Assembly: GCA_963666315.2 (NCBI GenBank)
Contig: CAXXHG010000036.1
Location: forward strand, 32,001 to 96,000
Length of the DNA: 64,000 nucleotides
From: Candidatus Binatia bacterium
Lineage (GTDB): Bacteria; Desulfobacterota; Binatia; Bin18
Direction of reading: 5' to 3'
A program made the position numbers and the translations under genes. Of the stretch, positions 60,239 to 64,000 are shown piece after piece (positions within the stretch are counted from its first letter, which is position 1; the number at the start of each line of letters is the position of its first letter). The notes beneath the pieces are model-generated. The model searched no databases and was not told the DNA's origin. It was given only the letters and a program-made list of their open reading frames with translations.

Positions 60239-61477
60239 CTACTTCTTTGGGTCCTCGACAAGGACGCCTTGCTCACGCAGGGCTTGAATCCTCTCCGGCG
60301 TATACCCACACAGGTCCTGCAGTAATTCTTGTGTATGTTGACCCAGCCGTGAGGCCGGCCCGGGGATACGAGGCGGGGTTTTGGAAAACTTATGCGGCGA
60401 CTTGAGTAGCATGAGTTCTCCGTAGCCGGGATTCGGGGGTTTTTCTACCATGCGCTTACTCAAGTGCGGATCAGTGGCAAACTGGCCGATGGACAAAATG
60501 GGAGCAACCGGCAGCCGTAATTCATCGGCCAATATTCGAATCGCTGCTTCGTCGCTCGGCAGCGATTGCAGCCACTCCTCAATAATGACCCGCAGCGCGG
60601 CTGCATTTTGAATCCGCCAGCGGTTTGTTTTAAATTCAGGCGAGGTCAGTAGGTCTTCGCGCCCCATACGTTTCACCATCGTCACCCAGTGATCTTCGGT
60701 AATCAGTCCAATGGCGATATAGCCGTCTTTCGACTTAAACGACCCATAGGGGAAGGCGCCAGCGCGCTGCGTCCCGCCGCGCTGCGGATCTACCTCACCA
60801 TCGGTCACGCTATACGCGGCGAGGGCCCAGTCGTGGGAGTTATACGTACAGTCCACCAAGGCTAAATCAATATATTGGCCTTCGCCCGTGCGCTGACGGT
60901 GAAACAGGGCCGCCATGATTGCACCAAAGGCATTCAGGGCCGCCATGTGATCACCAATCGCCGAGCCCGGATAGGCCGGATAGCCATCCGGATCACCAAC
61001 CATATGGAGTACACCGCCTACGGCTAACGCCACGAGATCGTTTCCAATCCGGCGCGAATACGGCCCAGTCTGGCCATAGGTTGAGACTGAACACATGATG
61101 ATCTTGGGGTTGAGCTGTGAGACCGATTCATACGTAAAGCCGTAATTGGCCATAATGCCGGGCGTAAAATTTTCAAACAAGACGTCCGCAGACTTGATCA
61201 AGTCTTGAATAACCTGCTGTCCTGCCGGCGTCTTTATGTCCACGCAGATACTCTTCTTGCCCCGGTTGTGCATGATGAAATAACTCGGGGTTGCGCCGTC
61301 ACGTCCATCTTTGGGAACAATGCGAATATGCCGACTATGCTCACCCTTGGGCGGGAGTTCGACTTTGATCACCTCTGCCCCCAGATCAACCATAAGCCGC
61401 GTGGCCTGAGGGCCAGCTAGCCACTGCGTCAAATCAAGAATACGAATTCCTTCAAGAATCTGTGTTGGCGTACTCAT
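60239..61477 (-). CDS. CaiB/BaiF family III CoA transferase
   Basis: LAGP, LGAEVIKVE, NRGKKS, ENFTPG, GQYIDLAL. Confidence 0.94.
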   Translation of the reverse strand: MSTPTQILEGIRILDLTQWLAGPQATRLMVDLGAEVIKVELPPKGEHSRHIRIVPKDGRDGATPSYFIMHNRGKKSICVDIKTPAGQQVIQDLIKSADVLFENFTPGIMANYGFTYESVSQLNPKIIMCSVSTYGQTGPYSRRIGNDLVALAVGGVLHMVGDPDGYPAYPGSAIGDHMAALNAFGAIMAALFHRQRTGEGQYIDLALVDCTYNSHDWALAAYSVTDGEVDPQRGGTQRAGAFPYGSFKSKDGYIAIGLITEDHWVTMVKRMGREDLLTSPEFKTNRWRIQNAAALRVIIEEWLQSLPSDEAAIRILADELRLPVAPILSIGQFATDPHLSKRMVEKPPNPGYGELMLLKSPHKFSKTPPRIPGPASRLGQHTQELLQDLCGYTPERIQALREQGVLVEDPKK

Positions 61478-61546
61478 CGTGTCTCCCCCGCCCTAGACCG
61501 TCGGACAGAATATTCCCAACCTGCTCAACCTTGCCGACCAGAGTGA

Positions 61547-62308
61547 TTATATGCTCTTGCCTGCGGCAAACCCGCCATCAATGGGGATGGTTGCCCCAGT
61601 CATAAAGTTCGCGTCAGCCGAGGCCAAAAACAACATCAGCGCGGCAATTTCTTCCGGCTGAGCCCAACGACCTGCGGGATGGGCCTTCTTGAGCGAGGCG
61701 ACGACATCGGGGTTATCGAAATACCCAGCCGTCATCGACGTTTCGACTACGCCGGGTGCAATCGCGTTCACCTGAATATTCTTGTCGCCCAATTCCATAG
61801 CCATCTCTTTGGTGAGGCCGACTACCGCGTGTTTCGATGCAACATAGGCCGCACGGTTGGGCACCGCCATGAGACCAGCGACGGAAGAGAGATTAATAAT
61901 TTTTCCGCCTTTGCCTTGAGCGACCAGGTGTTGCGCCACGGCTTGGCTACACAAAAACGTCCCGGTCAGGTTCGTACCGATGACCTTCAGCCACTCTTCC
62001 GCCAGCAACTCCAAGAACGGCACAATCTCCCGCACGCCTGCGCTGTTTATGAGCACATCGAGTGATCCCAGTCCGGCGACTGCGTTAGCCACCATCGCCT
62101 GTACGGAATCCGGCTCCATCACGTTCACCTGGACGGCAATGGCTTTTCGGCCGAGTCCTTCCACCGCTTGAACCGTGGCCTGTGCACTCTCAAGGCGCAC
62201 ATCGGCCGCGGCAATCGCCGCGCCTTCTTTGGCAAACGCCAGACTAGCCGCCCGCCCAATACCACTCCCGGCACCAGTAATAAGTACGTTGGTCTTTTCA
62301 AATCGCAT
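61547..62308 (-). CDS. SDR family oxidoreductase
   Basis: TGAGSGIG, YVASK, IDGG. Confidence 0.93.
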   Translation of the reverse strand: MRFEKTNVLITGAGSGIGRAASLAFAKEGAAIAAADVRLESAQATVQAVEGLGRKAIAVQVNVMEPDSVQAMVANAVAGLGSLDVLINSAGVREIVPFLELLAEEWLKVIGTNLTGTFLCSQAVAQHLVAQGKGGKIINLSSVAGLMAVPNRAAYVASKHAVVGLTKEMAMELGDKNIQVNAIAPGVVETSMTAGYFDNPDVVASLKKAHPAGRWAQPEEIAALMLFLASADANFMTGATIPIDGGFAAGKSI

Positions 62309-62366
62309 ACAGTCCTCCAGAATCTCCAAAACAAAAGGCGCGGCAGGCTGCCCCTCTCCAGGCTCT

Positions 62367-63383
62367 TTAATGCTGTAGGCTCGGCATTACTTCATGAGCA
62401 AATAGCTCCAGCGAACGCGTAGATTTTTTTGGATCCATCCCCGCCAGCTGCGTACTCATAATAAAATGCGTACACTGAAACTCCTTTTGGAAACGTTGCA
62501 TCTTTTCGGCAACTTGATGCGGCGTACCGATCATGACCGCCTCGCCAAAAGCTGAGTTGCGCAGTTCTTCAGGCTTCTTAAATGTCCATACATCTTTATC
62601 GCCCGGCGCATCGTTGGCCTCGGCAAGGATATGGCCGTAGAACTCCATCATGCTGAAGAGATGCTCCTGGCATTCCGCCCATGCCTGGTCTTCCGTGTCA
62701 GCAATATATACCAAACGCAACTGGGCAATATTGAATGCAGCAGGGTTACGGCCATATTTTTTGAGCTCATCAATATACCACGGGGCTGGATCAGGGCCGA
62801 CGGTCGCCATGAGATGGCAGCCCGTCTGCGCCACTTTGCGTGTCGCTTTTTCCGCACGAGCGCCTATCCATAGCGGCAGGGGCTGTTGAACCGGCTTAGG
62901 ACTTAGGGTGAGGTCTTTGACTTGCGTAAAACGTCCAGCAAATGTGACATTGTCCTCGGTCCAGACTTTCTGAATGAGCTCGACTCCCTCGCGCATCCGA
63001 GCTGAACGTTCTTTACGCGGCATACACAACGCGTCGAACTCCATATACGAATACCCTTGTCCTACGCCCAACTCGAACCGCCCATTGGACCAAATATCCA
63101 CACAGGCCGAATCTTCAGCAACCCGAATAGGATGTTGAAACGGTAGGAGCAAAATGAATGTCCCTATACGAATCTGACTGGTCCGCGTCGCAATCGCGGC
63201 TGCCGTCGGCAGGAGGGAGGGGTTGTATCCATCCTGTGTAAAATGGTGCTCGGTCAGCCAGACGTTGTCATAGCCGAGCTCTTCAGCCCGGATCGTTTGT
63301 TCCAGCAGTGTGTTATACAGCTCGGGGAACGGTCGCCGCCAGGGTTCAGGGTTTCGGAAATCCTGCATAAATCCAAATTTCAT
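62367..63383 (-). CDS. Luciferase-like flavin-dependent oxidoreductase
   Basis: WLTEHH, HPIRVAED, GVGQGY; RBS AAGGAGG. Confidence 0.92.
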   Translation of the reverse strand: MKFGFMQDFRNPEPWRRPFPELYNTLLEQTIRAEELGYDNVWLTEHHFTQDGYNPSLLPTAAAIATRTSQIRIGTFILLLPFQHPIRVAEDSACVDIWSNGRFELGVGQGYSYMEFDALCMPRKERSARMREGVELIQKVWTEDNVTFAGRFTQVKDLTLSPKPVQQPLPLWIGARAEKATRKVAQTGCHLMATVGPDPAPWYIDELKKYGRNPAAFNIAQLRLVYIADTEDQAWAECQEHLFSMMEFYGHILAEANDAPGDKDVWTFKKPEELRNSAFGEAVMIGTPHQVAEKMQRFQKEFQCTHFIMSTQLAGMDPKKSTRSLELFAHEVMPSLQH

Positions 63384-63648
63384 ACAATCGCCCTCCTTAT
63401 TGTGAAAACCTGACTCGGTCGTCACAATTCGCTTTATCACGCCTTCACCCTGACACTCAAATCCCCCCAAAGCCCTCCAGAATCGCGCGCGTGCGCCTTG
63501 GACACGCACTCAGAAAATACTTCGGAACCGAAAACGACTACAAACCGCCCTGAAATGAGCCATATTGGCCCATAAATTAAGCTGATTTGGCCACTATAGG
63601 GCGCCGACCACGCCCGATATAAAGTATAATCGTTACTAAAGACAACCC

Positions 63649-64000
63649 ATGAAAAAACGCATTTCCATCGATCAGCTCCGGCCCGGCATGTTCATCGTGA
63701 AGACGGCCCAGTCATGGCTGAAGACACCCTTCTTGCGCAAGAAATTGCTCATTCAGGCTGAGAGCGATGTGACAGCGCTCAGAGAATCCGGGGTAAAAGC
63801 GGTGGTGATTGAATGACTGCGCGGAGACGACGCCGTTCAGTCCGATCCTCAGCCAGCGGCCGCCGATCTTTCAGCTCAGGTGCAAGCAGTGCCCCCTGAA
63901 GACTAGCCCACTCCCTCCCAAACGGGACAAGGTCTTGCTCAGGAAGAGAGCTCAAATACCTCAGTCGAAGTAGTCTTTACACAGGAGGAACAGTCTATAC
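63649..64000 (+). pseudogene. DUF3391-type N-terminus (HD-GYP-associated) with in-frame stops
   Basis: MKKRISIDQLRPGMFI..SWLKTPF..LRESGVKAVVIE then TGA at 63814 and TAG at 63904. Confidence 0.7.

Noticed and set aside
63814-63816. Selenocysteine or readthrough at TGA
   Set aside because: Not a Cys-equivalent position and followed by an in-frame TAG.

Overview
A 64 kb bacterial chromosomal window of moderately high GC. It holds housekeeping genes (M16 protease, prmA, rsmE, gshB, tRNA-Phe, xth, efp, ltaE, hslR, ilvD) and metal genes (tupABC, ZIP transporter, multicopper oxidase plus TolC, MerR/CueR plus CopA). It also carries eutBC, two tandem M20 paralogs, and a catabolic block at 48-63 kb (four luciferase-like monooxygenases, SDRs, acyl-CoA dehydrogenase, CoA transferases, MaoC, MmgE/PrpD). 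This content suggests a Binatota/Tectomicrobia-like or other deltaproteobacterial lineage (inference only). Notable points: (1) a collapsed five-part sigma-54 locus at 21.5-24.7 kb (porin, binding protein, sensor kinase, enhancer-binding protein, and a -24/-12 promoter driving an uncharacterised secreted protein), reconstructable from fragments; (2) recurrent internal deletions that join gene heads to gene tails at short repeats; (3) G-tract arrays on the sense strand just after four stop codons; (4) a secreted protein with a PHM/DBH-like copper monooxygenase signature but an altered second site; (5) a toxin-antitoxin cluster at tRNA-Phe; (6) several REP/MITE families; (7) candidate structured RNAs and a phased GGAATG decamer array. 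No CRISPR array, rRNA, integrase or transposase was seen. All family assignments come from motif recognition by eye, not database searches.
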